From the NCBI GenBank assembly GCA_963844715.1, contig CAWJPJ010000006.1, forward strand, positions 704,001 to 768,000: 64,000 bases of DNA, in the 5' to 3' direction. The notes under the pieces were generated by a model, which saw only the letters and a program-made list of their open reading frames with translations, made no database searches and was not told the origin of the DNA. Position numbers and translations under genes: made by a program. Of the stretch, positions 10,130 through 20,465 are shown piece by piece. This DNA is from an uncultured Phycisphaerales bacterium. GTDB taxonomy: Bacteria > Planctomycetota > Phycisphaerae > Tepidisphaerales > Tepidisphaeraceae. Each line of letters starts with the position of its first letter. Position 1 is the first letter of the stretch.

Positions 10130-11005
10130 ATGCCGGCCAACCGATTCAACGCCAACACCCAATTGGGCATCGGGATCGGGTTGCGCATCCCCCACTACGA
10201 TCACATTCTTAAAAACAAGCCGACCGTCGATTGGTTTGAGATCATTTCCGAGAATTACATGTGCGACGGCGGCCGGCCGCTGGCGATCTTGGATCAGATT
10301 CTTGAGCAGTATCAGGTTATCCAGCACGGCGTTTCGCTTTACTTCGGCTCGACCGATCGAATGGATCGGGAGCAGCTCAAACGGCTGAGAACTCTGGTCA
10401 AGCGGACCAAGACGCCCTTCCTCTCGGATCACCTCTGCTGGGGGAGTGTGGATGGGACGTACACGCACGATTTGCTCCCAATGCCCTACACCTTCGCGGC
10501 AGCGAAGAACACGGCCCGGCGCGTGCGCGACGTGCAGGATTTTCTCGAAGTGCCGATCATTGTCGAGAACGTGTCGAGCTACGCGGAGTTTCATGCTTCG
10601 GAAATGACCGAGTGGGAATTCCTCAGCGAAGTGGTCGAGCAGGCCGACTGCGGGATATTGCTGGACGTGAACAACATTTACGTGTCGAGCAAGAATCACA
10701 ATTTCGATCCATACGATTATCTGAACAACGTCCCCCACCATCGGGTCGGGCAGATGCACATCGCGGGACACAGCAAATACGAGAAATACATTCTGGATAC
10801 GCACGACCATCCGGTGCTCGACCCGGTTTGGAAAATGTACGCTCACGCGATCCGCAAATGCGGGCCGACGTCCACGCTCCTGGAGTGGGATGCGCACATC
10901 CCGTCCTTCGAGGAGGTGCACAAGGAAGCGCTGAAGGCAAAGAAATTCCTGGACGCGGTTCAGAAAGCGCCCGACGACAAGGCCCTGGCCGCCGCGACCG
11001 CATGA
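10130..11005 (+). CDS. Multinuclear non-heme iron oxidative enzyme (MNIO, DUF692/BufB-like)
   Basis: GGAGG RBS; GIGLRIPHY, EIISENY, HGVSL, SDHLCW, ENVSSY, LLDVNNIYV, HIAGH, DTHD, LLEWD. Confidence 0.95.
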   Translation: MPANRFNANTQLGIGIGLRIPHYDHILKNKPTVDWFEIISENYMCDGGRPLAILDQILEQYQVIQHGVSLYFGSTDRMDREQLKRLRTLVKRTKTPFLSDHLCWGSVDGTYTHDLLPMPYTFAAAKNTARRVRDVQDFLEVPIIVENVSSYAEFHASEMTEWEFLSEVVEQADCGILLDVNNIYVSSKNHNFDPYDYLNNVPHHRVGQMHIAGHSKYEKYILDTHDHPVLDPVWKMYAHAIRKCGPTSTLLEWDAHIPSFEEVHKEALKAKKFLDAVQKAPDDKALAAATA

Positions 11006-11898
11006 GCACGGCTATCACCGCCAAACCTCGCCAGACATTGGCCCAACTGCGGCGGCTGCAGCGGCTCGCCGGCGCGGTCATCATGAATCCGCTGGCGCGG
11101 GATTGGCGCATGCAGCGGCGATGGATCGACGACCGCGATATGCGCGAGGTGACGGCCGAGTTCATCAAGCCGAATGATCGCCTGACTTCGCTGGAGCGGA
11201 TCGAGATTTACAACAAGCAGTACTGGTTTCGGATTTTCGACTCCTTGATCGACGATTTTCCGGGTTTGAAGATCGTTCTGGGGCATGCCAACTTCATGAA
11301 GCTCGCGCGGGCCTATCTGACGGCACATCCTTCGCGGTCCTATACGTTGCGAAATTTGGGGTCGCGCCTTATCTCATTCATGGAAAAACATCCGCGCCTG
11401 CTCGGGGCGCGAAAGCAATTGGCCCTGGACATGGCGCGGTTTGAATGGGCGCAGATCGTGGCGTTCGACGGACCGGCCAGGCCCCCTGTCGGCGTCGATG
11501 ATCTTCTGGGCAAGCCCGCGGCAAAGCTTCGCCTGGCGATTCAGCCGTACGTCACTCTCCTCGAACTGAAATATCCGCTGGACGATTATGTCATTCAGCT
11601 TAAGCAGCACGGCCTGCGGCGCGACGCGAGCAACGCGATTGAGGAATCCGACGCCCCGGCGCGGACAAAGCGCCGCCCCCCATTGCCCCGGCGTCAAACC
11701 GTTTACATCGGCGTGCACCGCCATAACAACGCACTCTATTACAAAAGGCTCGATCCGCAGGCATTTAAGCTGCTGACAAACCTGGATGCGGGGCGAAGCC
11801 TTCGGCAGGCAATTCGGATATCGCGGATCACCGATCCCCCGAAAGTCGGCACGATTTTCGAAACTTACGCGACACTCGGCTGGTTTTACTTTCCCTGA
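11002..11898 (+). CDS. MNIO partner protein (DUF2063/BufC-like)
   Basis: ATGA overlap with the MNIO gene; 'ERIEIYNKQYWFRI..L.DDFPGL', 'HPSRSYTL', 'DMARFEWA'. Confidence 0.85.
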   Translation: MSTAITAKPRQTLAQLRRLQRLAGAVIMNPLARDWRMQRRWIDDRDMREVTAEFIKPNDRLTSLERIEIYNKQYWFRIFDSLIDDFPGLKIVLGHANFMKLARAYLTAHPSRSYTLRNLGSRLISFMEKHPRLLGARKQLALDMARFEWAQIVAFDGPARPPVGVDDLLGKPAAKLRLAIQPYVTLLELKYPLDDYVIQLKQHGLRRDASNAIEESDAPARTKRRPPLPRRQTVYIGVHRHNNALYYKRLDPQAFKLLTNLDAGRSLRQAIRISRITDPPKVGTIFETYATLGWFYFP

Positions 11899-11934
11899 TG
11901 CTTGGGCAAAATTGGGTGGTAAAATCAGGTTTGA

Positions 11935-12513
11935 ATGACCCTTCCGCAGCTCCCCAATGCGTCGCCGACGGTTCCGCTGGCGAAGCTTGAATATTACACG
12001 GCCGCGCCGGCGGCGGACGCCGCGCCGGCTTGGCGCACGGGCAAGACGCTGATCGTGGCTCAAGGAGCGGTTTTGCCGGAACGGTGCGTGAAGTGCAACG
12101 AGCCGACGGATCGGCGATTTCGACGCAGAGTGTCGTGGTATCCGTCCTACTTGCTGGCGGGATTTATCACGCCGCTGGGCCCGCTGTTTTTGCTGCTTCT
12201 TTATTTGGTATTAAAAAAGACGATGCGGATCGATGTGGGGGTCTGCCGGCGGCATTTGCGACGCCGGCGCTGGTTCATTGCCGGAGCGTTCGTCGCCTTG
12301 GCGGGATGCGCATACGCGATCGTCTATACGGTGGGACATCAATCGGTTATCTCTTGTGTGGCGTCGGCAATATTGGCGGTCGCCGCCGCGGTGATGGGAC
12401 ATTATGCGCGGATTCTTCGGCCCACGAAGATCGACACGCTGCACGGTTATTTTCGCGGCGCGTCGCCGGAGTTCTTGAATTCGCTTCCCGGCGTGGCCGC
12501 GCCGCCGCGCTAG
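11935..12513 (+). CDS. Hypothetical membrane protein with CxxC...CxxH putative zinc site
   Basis: LPERCVKCNEP and VCRRH flank a hydrophobic segment; two further TM helices follow. Confidence 0.65.
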   Translation: MTLPQLPNASPTVPLAKLEYYTAAPAADAAPAWRTGKTLIVAQGAVLPERCVKCNEPTDRRFRRRVSWYPSYLLAGFITPLGPLFLLLLYLVLKKTMRIDVGVCRRHLRRRRWFIAGAFVALAGCAYAIVYTVGHQSVISCVASAILAVAAAVMGHYARILRPTKIDTLHGYFRGASPEFLNSLPGVAAPPR

Positions 12514-13163
12514 TCTTCGTGTTCCCACAGGCGAAAACCGCCTAGAAATGCGTTGTTGTTTTCGCCGCGTCGGCAGCCTTCCGGCAGCGATTTGAGCTTG
12601 TGCACGTTTCCGCCGCCGAGGACCACATAATCCGGCTCCAGGGCCGCCATAAGTTTCTCGACCGTGATCGTGACGTGCTTGTGCCACTTCTTTTTCCCGA
12701 GGCGATCCAAGCCGCGCAGACCGACGTAGTCCTCGAACGTCAGCTTCTTGTACGGCAAATGGCCCAATTCCATCGGGAGGACTTTTCCATCGACGACCAT
12801 GGCCGTTCCGAGCCCGGTCCCTAGGCCGAGGAAGAGCATCTTGCCCCCCTTATGACTGCCCAGGGCCTGCATCGCCGCGTCGTTGATCACTCTGACGGGG
12901 CATCCGAAGGCTTTTTGAAAATCGAAACCGACCCAGCCATGTGCGAGGTTGTGCGGGTCCGCGACCGGGCGATGATTTTTAACGGGACCGGGATACCCGA
13001 TGGAAACGACTTCGTATTCCCAGTCCTGGGCCAGCTTCTTCACGCCCTGAACCATCTCGCGCGGGCCCAATTCGGGGCCGGAATCGAACTGGCGTTTTTC
13101 CCTTTTGCTCGTGGCGAGGATTTTTACGTGCGTGCCGCCGACATCGATGACCAGGACGTTCAT
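12510..13163 (-). CDS. ROK family sugar kinase (polyphosphate glucokinase-like)
   Basis: IDVGGTHVK, INDAAMQALG, LGLGTGLG, MELGH, VLGGG. Confidence 0.88.
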   Translation of the reverse strand: MNVLVIDVGGTHVKILATSKREKRQFDSGPELGPREMVQGVKKLAQDWEYEVVSIGYPGPVKNHRPVADPHNLAHGWVGFDFQKAFGCPVRVINDAAMQALGSHKGGKMLFLGLGTGLGTAMVVDGKVLPMELGHLPYKKLTFEDYVGLRGLDRLGKKKWHKHVTITVEKLMAALEPDYVVLGGGNVHKLKSLPEGCRRGENNNAFLGGFRLWEHED

Positions 13164-13208
13164 ATCTCTTCTCCAGCCGAATTGGTGCACAGAGTATCAG
13201 AGACGGGC

Positions 13209-13816
13209 TTAAATTTCCCGAGGGCAATCGTTCCGCCGGCAGACCAGTTCCCCGTTGCCGATTGGCACGATCAGGGCGTCCACCCGTGGGTCGCTCAGGG
13301 CGCGATCGAGCATGGGCTGCAAAACCGGGCGATGATTGATGGCATTGTCGGCGACAAGGATTCCGCCGGGAACCATGTTGGGCACGACCGCCTCGTAACA
13401 CGGGCCGTAGATTTCCTTCTCGGCGTCCAAAAAGCAAAACGCGATGTCCGGGATGCCGGACAAGTGCTCAAGGGCATCGCCGTGCACGAGTTTGACAACG
13501 TCGCCGACGCCGGCTTGCGCGAACGTTTTTGCTGCCAGTTCCGCTTTTTCACCGAGGATTTCGAAGGTGGTGATTTTCGTCCCGTCGCACGGCAGGCGAG
13601 GGCCAGCCAAAGCGTCGAGTAACCGGCGCTGGCGCCGATTTCGATCCAGTTTCCCTCGGGCGAGGCGGCGGCGAGGATGGCGATGAATTTCCCCACGTCG
13701 GGCGGGATTTGGCGCAGGCGTTTCAATCGGGGCGTGCCGTCATGGCGATCCTGCCGATCAATTTGCTCCAGCTCGCGCATCACGGTCTGAATGTTTTGCG
13801 GGATTTCGTTAAACAT
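13209..13816 (-). CDS. Class I SAM-dependent O-methyltransferase (apparent frameshift near 13575)
   Basis: [14 protein letters not shown] in one frame; FLDAEK and GGILVADNA in the next. Confidence 0.82.
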
Positions 13817-14023
13817 CGAACTATCTTTGCTTCATTAGCGTCTTAACAATTCCTGGGGGTGAAAAACGCCAGTTTTTGAATCAATTCAGGCATTACGAAA
13901 ATGCGTCCGGTTTCGAACGCGAACGGCGGGCGCGTTTGGTTATCATATGTGGCATATGTTCGCAGGCGGTAAAATATTCGCCGGCTTACACGAACAGAAC
14001 GGGCACCATTTCGGGAGGTTGAG

Positions 14024-17000
14024 ATGTTAGGCCTGTCCACATTTTCCGGCGGCATTCTGGCCACGAATCCCTTTTCGCCCACTCTTCCGGACGCGGCATT
14101 CTGGACGCTGGTCGTCATCGGCGCGCTGATCCTCGTCTGGCTTTCGCTGGGGATGCGCTACATTCCCAACAATATGGTGGGAGTCGTCGAAAAACTATGG
14201 TCCGCGCGCGGTTCGGTTGGGGGCGGGCGCATCATCGCGACGCACGGGGAGGCCGGTTATCAATCGGATCTCCTTCGCGGCGGTATCCATTTCTTCCTTT
14301 GGCGCATCCAGTACCGAATTCACCGCGCCCCGCTTGTGATGATCGGACAGGGGAAAATCGGCTACGTCTACGCGCGCGATGGCGAGGGACTTTTGCCCAG
14401 CCAGACACTGGGGCGATTCATTGAATGCAACAAATTCCAGGACGCGCGGGCGTTCATCGGCGACGGGCAAAACGCCGCCACCGTGGGCCAGCGCGGTCGG
14501 CAACGGATCATCCTGCGCGAAGGCATGTATGCGATCAATCTCGCGCTATTCGTGGTCGTGACAGAAGACACTGTCTATCGACTGGACCTGCAAGGCCGCC
14601 AGGAATTCCAGGCGATCCTAGGGCCTGTCTGATGAATCCAAAATCCTGAAATAGCGACGGATCATGGCGAGCTTGGCCATGGCCTGAAAGTTCACCGCCA
14701 GTTTCTCGTAACGCGTGCCCAGGCGGCGATTCTCCTTCATCCAATTCACGCAACGCTCCACCACGTTCCGTCGGCGATACGCCTTGCGATCAAAGTTCTC
14801 CTGCGGCGGCTGATTCGATTTCGCCGGGATCACCGCTTGGATTCGGTGGCGACGCAGCCATCGCCGCACATTTCCGTAACTGTATCCCTTGTCGCCCGCC
14901 AGCCTCCTGGGGCGACGACGGCGGCGACCGATGCGCATCGCGTTCATCACCGGCTCCACGTACCGGCTCTCGTGGCATTGGCCGGCGCTGGCCTCGACGG
15001 CGAGCGGAACTCCCTGGCCGTCAGTAACCAGGTGGAGCTTGCTGCCCCACCCGCCTCGGCTGCGGCCCAACGCGTGATCCGCCGGTTCTTCCGGGGCGGT
15101 TTTGATTTTCTGGCTCCGGCGGCGGATCGACTGGCTCGCACATTGGTGCCGTCGATGCACCACAGGTCCCAGTCGATTCGTCCTTGCTTGTCCAACCTCA
15201 TCTGCAGCCGCTGGAGGATTCGATCAATCGTTCCGTCCTTTCTCCAGCGGTTGAAGCGGTCGTAGACGCTTTGCCATCTGCCGTAACGTTCGGGCATCTC
15301 GCGCCATTGAGCGCCCGAGTGCAGAATCCAGAACATGCCGTTGAGCGTGGTGCGGTGGTCGTTCCACTGCCCGCCGCGCTTGCCGTTGCCGGGCAGCAGA
15401 TCGCCGATCAACTCGTACTGCTCATCCGTGAGCTCATAACGTCGCATCCGTGACACCTCGTCTGAAAACCGCTATTTATAACCAAAAGCGATTCATCAGA
15501 CAGGCCCTAGGCTGGCAGCAGGAACTGAAGCAAGTCAACGGATTCGATCCGGTCGTCATCGGCGGGCCGATCAATACCGAGGACCCGCTCACGCCCGGCA
15601 AGCAGATGCAGGTGGATACCCTCGGCATCGTGACGATTCACGATGGGCCAAGCCTCTCGCCCGGCGAGATCATCGCCCCGGCCGTGGGCAATGGGCTTAA
15701 CGAGGAAAACTATCACAATAATTATCAGGACCCCGAGGCATTTTTGCGCGCCGGCGGGCGACGAGGCCGGCAATATGTTCCCCTCACTGACGGCACTTAT
15801 TTCATTAATCGCTGGTTTGCGACGATAGAAGTAACACCCAAGACGGTCGTTCCCATCGGCTACGTGGGCGTTGTCGTAAGTTATTACGGGCCGCTCGGGC
15901 GCCGATGTTTCCGGCGAAAGCTTCCGCCACGGCGAGCGCGTGGCTCGCGGCGACCGCGGTGTCTGGGAAAAGCCGCTGGGGCCGGGCAAATATCCGTTCA
16001 ATACCTACGCCGGAAAACTGATCCTCGTGCCGACGACCAACTTCGTGCTTCACTGGATCACGGGTAAGAGCGAGAGCCATCATTACGATGAAAGTCTGAA
16101 GTCGATCGATCTGGTCACGAAGGATGCTTATGAGCCACTCTTACCGCTGAGTATTGTCGTGCATATCGACTATCAGCGCGCCCGAGCGTGATTCAGCGGT
16201 TCGGCGACGTGAAGAAGCTGATCACCCAGACCCTGGACCCGATGCTCAGCGCCTATTTCCGAGACGTGGCGCATAAGAAGACGATGATCGAATTGCTCCA
16301 GCGGCGCGATGAAATCCAGATCGAGTCACGGACGGAACTCCAACAGCGGTTCCGGGAATTTGACATCGAATGCGTGGACGTGCTGATCGGCAAGCCCGAC
16401 ACGGCCGAGGGAACCGGCGTCGGAAAAATCGAAACACTCCTCGAGCAGCTGCGCACCCGGCAGCTCAGCATTGAGCAGTTGGAAACCTACGACCGCCAGC
16501 GCGCGGCGGCGGATAAGCTGCGAACCCTCAACGAAGCGCAGGCGATCGCCGCCAAGCAGGCGGAACTGACCAATTCTCAGGTTCAGATTCGCATCGCCGA
16601 AAACCAGGGAGACGCCGATCTGGCCCGCTCGCGCAAGCAGGCGGAGCAGACGGTTGTCGTGGCCGAGGCTGAATTGGCACGCTCGCGCAGGCAAGCCGAG
16701 CAGACGGTGGTCATCGCGCAGGCGGACAGCCAGTCGCGGATTCTGGCGGGAAAAGGCGAATCGACCCGAGCGCTGCAAGTCGGCCTCGCCGAGGCGACGG
16801 TTCTGCTGCGCAGCATCACCAGCTTTGGCGATCCGCGGCTTTATGCCCTCTCAAAGGTCGCGGAATATCTTTCCAAGGCAAGCCAGCCGCTCGTGCCGGA
16901 GCGCGTCTTCCTGGCCGGCGGTGCGCCGACGACCAACGGCGAATCCGCCGCGGCGCTTCAGCCAGCTCCGGAATGCTTGGCATGCTGATCAATTTAATGG

Positions 17001-17129
17001 TCGCCGAAAAGAGCGGCTTCGCCATCGCGGACAATCCGGACATGGCGATCCCTCAAGGAGATCGCCGACCGGATGACCAAGCAGGTCGTGGAAAGCCTGG
17101 AAGATTCGAATGGGCATCCTAAAGTATAA
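14024..17129 (+). pseudogene. SPFH/band-7 (flotillin-like) protein interrupted by IS copy 2; further apparent indels near 15897, 16180, 16960 and 17055
   Basis: TM plus VGVVEK; repeated GQRGRQ/GRRGRQ units; FGDVKKLITQTLDP; coiled-coil tail. Removing the IS restores ...QAILGWQQEL... in frame. Confidence 0.85.
14621..15507 (-). mobile_element. IS5-family insertion sequence, copy 2 (transposase ORFs 14618-15456)
   Basis: Same inverted repeats and TA/CTAG flanks as copy 1; one difference seen (A3852 vs G15076). Confidence 0.95.
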
Positions 17130-17228
17130 ATGCGCCGTGCGCAGGGTGGGATAGTGGAATGCGCACACGCATGTTTAATTCGCATCGCTGGATGAAATTG
17201 AACGGGTTCGAGGCGAAAGTGCCGCCCA

Positions 17229-18470
17229 TTAATATGTGCGAATTAGCTTCGCCCCCGGGTAGGAAGCCATGAGGATTTGCTCGGCCGACTGGCCCGCTTC
17301 CGCGCGGGCTTCAGCGCACCATTGGCACATCCCCACGCCGTGCCCGAAGCCGTGCCCGTCGAAGAAGGTGACCGTTCCCAGATTCGGGTCCCCGTTGATT
17401 CGGCAAAAGCTGCTGGGAAGGGTGGACCCAAAGGAGGCGTCCGTGTTGACGGCGGCGCCGCGCATTTCTTCGGCCGCGAGGGAATATTGCACGCCTCGGG
17501 CGTCGGTGATCAGGACGCGCGTGGGTCTGCCGTAGCGGTTGGATGACTGAACCTGCATGCCGGAGAGTTGTGCCATCGAAGCCTCGGGGACGGGTTTGCC
17601 GGTGCTTTGCCCCAGATGATCAGCCCATAATCGAATGCGTCGGGTGAGTTCCGATTTTTGGATCGTGATGGGTCCCCAGTTGAAATATTTGGACGCGCTG
17701 CAACAGGCGCCGCGATATTGCTCGGCCAGGGGCGGCAGAAAGGGCTCGCCCGGGAAGGCGTCCGCGGCCGCCTGGGCGACGCCGCCGCAGCAACTGCTGA
17801 AATAGGCCTTGAAGATTTTCCCGTTGCCGGGGCCGTAGGTGAGGACCACGCCGGCGGTGGATTGGGCGGCGTAGCGGCTATTTGCGGTCTCGCCGGAGAT
17901 CGCACCGTACATCTGACTGCGCTGATCGGCAAAGACATCCCATTCACGACCGACGCCGGCGGTTTTGGCCTCGAAGAGGGCATAGGTACGCGATGCGACG
18001 GCCTGGGCTCGGAAGGCCTCGGGGAGCCAATCGTGATACATCTCGGCCGCCACAACGCCCTGCACATACTGGTCGATATCGACATCGTTCACGGCGTTAA
18101 AATTGGACACACCGATTGGCAGGAAGCGGAAAAAGCCGTGATACGCGACGCCGTTGATGCGGATGGAGTCGCCGATGGGCTGAATCGAGAGAATACCGGA
18201 GCCGAGCGTTGTGGAATTGAGTTGCCAGACGCCGCCGGGGCGGGAGAGATGGGCTGAGTTGCCGAGGCGGACGACTCGCGCGGCGGATGCGGAATCGAGC
18301 CAGACCTGAACGGGTGAATCGGCCGAGACCTCCGCGACCGGGGCATTCTCCAGAATCAGCACTCGAATCCGCGGATTATTCGGGGGAGGAGCCGGCTCCG
18401 TCTGCTCCGTGCAGGACTGCGCAAAAAGAAAAGCAACAACGCAAAGCGACAACGCGAGTGTTTGTCGCAT
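17229..18470 (-). CDS. SpoIID/LytB domain protein (lytic transglycosylase-like), probable lipoprotein
   Basis: YVQGVVAAEM, EAFRAQAVASRTYA, SQMYG, FSSCCGG, GHGFGHGVGMCQW. Confidence 0.9.
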   Translation of the reverse strand: MRQTLALSLCVVAFLFAQSCTEQTEPAPPPNNPRIRVLILENAPVAEVSADSPVQVWLDSASAARVVRLGNSAHLSRPGGVWQLNSTTLGSGILSIQPIGDSIRINGVAYHGFFRFLPIGVSNFNAVNDVDIDQYVQGVVAAEMYHDWLPEAFRAQAVASRTYALFEAKTAGVGREWDVFADQRSQMYGAISGETANSRYAAQSTAGVVLTYGPGNGKIFKAYFSSCCGGVAQAAADAFPGEPFLPPLAEQYRGACCSASKYFNWGPITIQKSELTRRIRLWADHLGQSTGKPVPEASMAQLSGMQVQSSNRYGRPTRVLITDARGVQYSLAAEEMRGAAVNTDASFGSTLPSSFCRINGDPNLGTVTFFDGHGFGHGVGMCQWCAEARAEAGQSAEQILMASYPGAKLIRTY

Positions 18471-18552
18471 GGGGCCTCCTTGCCCTCAGAATTATTCGTC
18501 TTTCCATTAGCGGGGGCGCGGTTTGAGACGCGGTGCTCCGCACGGCCGCTAA

Positions 18553-19461
18553 TTATTCTTCCAGGCGGCGCAGGCCAACCCCGAACGTCGCAAGCTGCTG
18601 CTTGATTTCGTTCAGGCTGGTCTGTCCGAAGTTCTTGCACCCCAGAAGCTCGTCTTCGGTCCGCGAGGCCAGTTCGCCCAGCGTATTGATGTTCAATCGC
18701 TGTAAAGCCTTTCGACTGCGCACGGAGAGTTCCATATCGCCGACGCTCTTGGCCAGAGTTTCCGGGGGGACATTTCCCTCGACGGCTGCCGCCGGACGCG
18801 GCACGCCGCCCTTGGCTTCTTCTGCCGCCTGGCCGAGGCGCAATCCCTTTTGCGCCAACAGCGCCTTGATTTCGTTCAGGCTCGTCTCGCCAAAATTCTT
18901 GTAGCTGAGCAATTCCTGCTCGGTGGTCTTGAGCAGGTCCCCCAGCGTGCGGATGTTCATCTTCTTCAGGCAATTGCGGCTGCGTACCGACAACTCAAAA
19001 TCCGTGACGGGGACGTTCAGGACGGCGCTGCGGCGATCGGAACGGCCGTCCAGGTCGTCGTCGTAGTGCATGCTGCGCGCGGATTCGACATCGCGCATAT
19101 ACAGCCGGGCCCGGACGTGATTGGGATTCGTCCGCAGAACGGCGTCCAGGCAGCGGTGCGCCTCGTCATAGTGATTGTTGTCTTCGTAAAGAACCGCCAG
19201 ATTCATCAAGGCGTTAAGATGTACCGGCGGGCTGGTGCAGATACGTTCATAAAGCTCGATGGCCTTGGCGTCCTCGGCGCGGCGGTCGTATAGCACCGCC
19301 AGGCGGAACGCCGCCATTTCGTGGTCCGGGTTTTCATTCAGGGACCGCTCGTAAAATTCGACGGCCTTTTCGTGAATTCCCGTCTGCTCGGATTCCTGAC
19401 CTCGGCGGTAATATTCTTCGGCCGCCCTCTCGTTTATCGACGAAACACTGGCTTCGCTCAT
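18553..19461 (-). CDS. TPR protein with tandem RNA polymerase alpha C-terminal domains
   Basis: N-terminal TPR-like helices; two copies of ELSVRS...NI.TLG.L...E.ELL..KNFG.TSLNEIK. Confidence 0.9.
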   Translation of the reverse strand: MSEASVSSINERAAEEYYRRGQESEQTGIHEKAVEFYERSLNENPDHEMAAFRLAVLYDRRAEDAKAIELYERICTSPPVHLNALMNLAVLYEDNNHYDEAHRCLDAVLRTNPNHVRARLYMRDVESARSMHYDDDLDGRSDRRSAVLNVPVTDFELSVRSRNCLKKMNIRTLGDLLKTTEQELLSYKNFGETSLNEIKALLAQKGLRLGQAAEEAKGGVPRPAAAVEGNVPPETLAKSVGDMELSVRSRKALQRLNINTLGELASRTEDELLGCKNFGQTSLNEIKQQLATFGVGLRRLEE

Positions 19462-19526
19462 CGTTACGATCCATCCCTAAAGTAAGAAAAACTGGCCCCG
19501 CATGGGGAAACTCCCGCCGAGGCGGA

Positions 19527-20465
19527 TTGGCCCGCCTGCATCACGGCGATACTATTAAATGGGTGAGGGCACATTCTGTCAACCGCCGCGTCGTCCTGCT
19601 GGTCAATACCATCGCGGGCAAGGGGAAGGGACGCCTGGTCGCGCGACGCATCTCACAGAGCCTGGATTCGCACGACCTTGAATCGAAAATCGTCTCCGAC
19701 GACCCCGAGAAGGCCGCAAAACTCGCCCGGGACGCCCGCGCAATCGTTGTCATCGGAGGCGACGGCACCCTCCGCGCGGCGGCCAGAGCTTTCATCCAGT
19801 TACAAATCCTACCGCCGCCAATCCTCCCCGTGCCGATGGGAACGGCCAATCTGATGGGCAAATATCTAGGTATCGACTGGGACAATGAAGAGCTGCCGGC
19901 CCACGTCGCCCAGTCCCTAATTCAAGGTAAAATCTGGAACTGCGACGTCGCGGCAGTGAATGGCGAGCCGTTTCTGCTCGTCGCCGGGGTGGGGATCGAC
20001 GCGCAGATCGTTCATGAAGTGGATCGCCTGCGCCACGGGCCGATCAATTACGCCAGCTATTTTCTGCCGGCGGCCAAGACCCTGGTTTCGTACGAATATC
20101 CGTCGCTTGAAGCCTCGGTTGACGGAAGATCGGTTTTTGCCCTCGCGCCAGCGGTGGCGTTCGTGGGAAATGTGAGCCAGTACGGGACGGGGTTCGCGAT
20201 GCTGCCCGATGCACGGCCGGATGACGGGTTGCTTGATTTATGCATCGTGCCGGTCAAATCACGCTTCGAGGCGATCCGCAAGTTCCTTCTGTCAGCGGCC
20301 GGGGAACACGTGCTCGAAGAAGGAGTCGTCCACGTTCGGGGCAAGGAAATTGCCATCCGGTCCCCTAAAAACGTGCCAGTGCAGGCGGATGGCGACCCCG
20401 CCGGCTACACGCCGGCGGCGTTCAGCTTGCTTCCCGTGCGCCTGCAATTTATCGTTCCCGTGTGA
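19527..20465 (+). CDS. Diacylglycerol kinase family lipid kinase (start uncertain)
   Basis: VIGGDGT, PMGTAN, GVGIDA, DDGLLD, QADGD. Confidence 0.88.
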   Translation: MARLHHGDTIKWVRAHSVNRRVVLLVNTIAGKGKGRLVARRISQSLDSHDLESKIVSDDPEKAAKLARDARAIVVIGGDGTLRAAARAFIQLQILPPPILPVPMGTANLMGKYLGIDWDNEELPAHVAQSLIQGKIWNCDVAAVNGEPFLLVAGVGIDAQIVHEVDRLRHGPINYASYFLPAAKTLVSYEYPSLEASVDGRSVFALAPAVAFVGNVSQYGTGFAMLPDARPDDGLLDLCIVPVKSRFEAIRKFLLSAAGEHVLEEGVVHVRGKEIAIRSPKNVPVQADGDPAGYTPAAFSLLPVRLQFIVPV

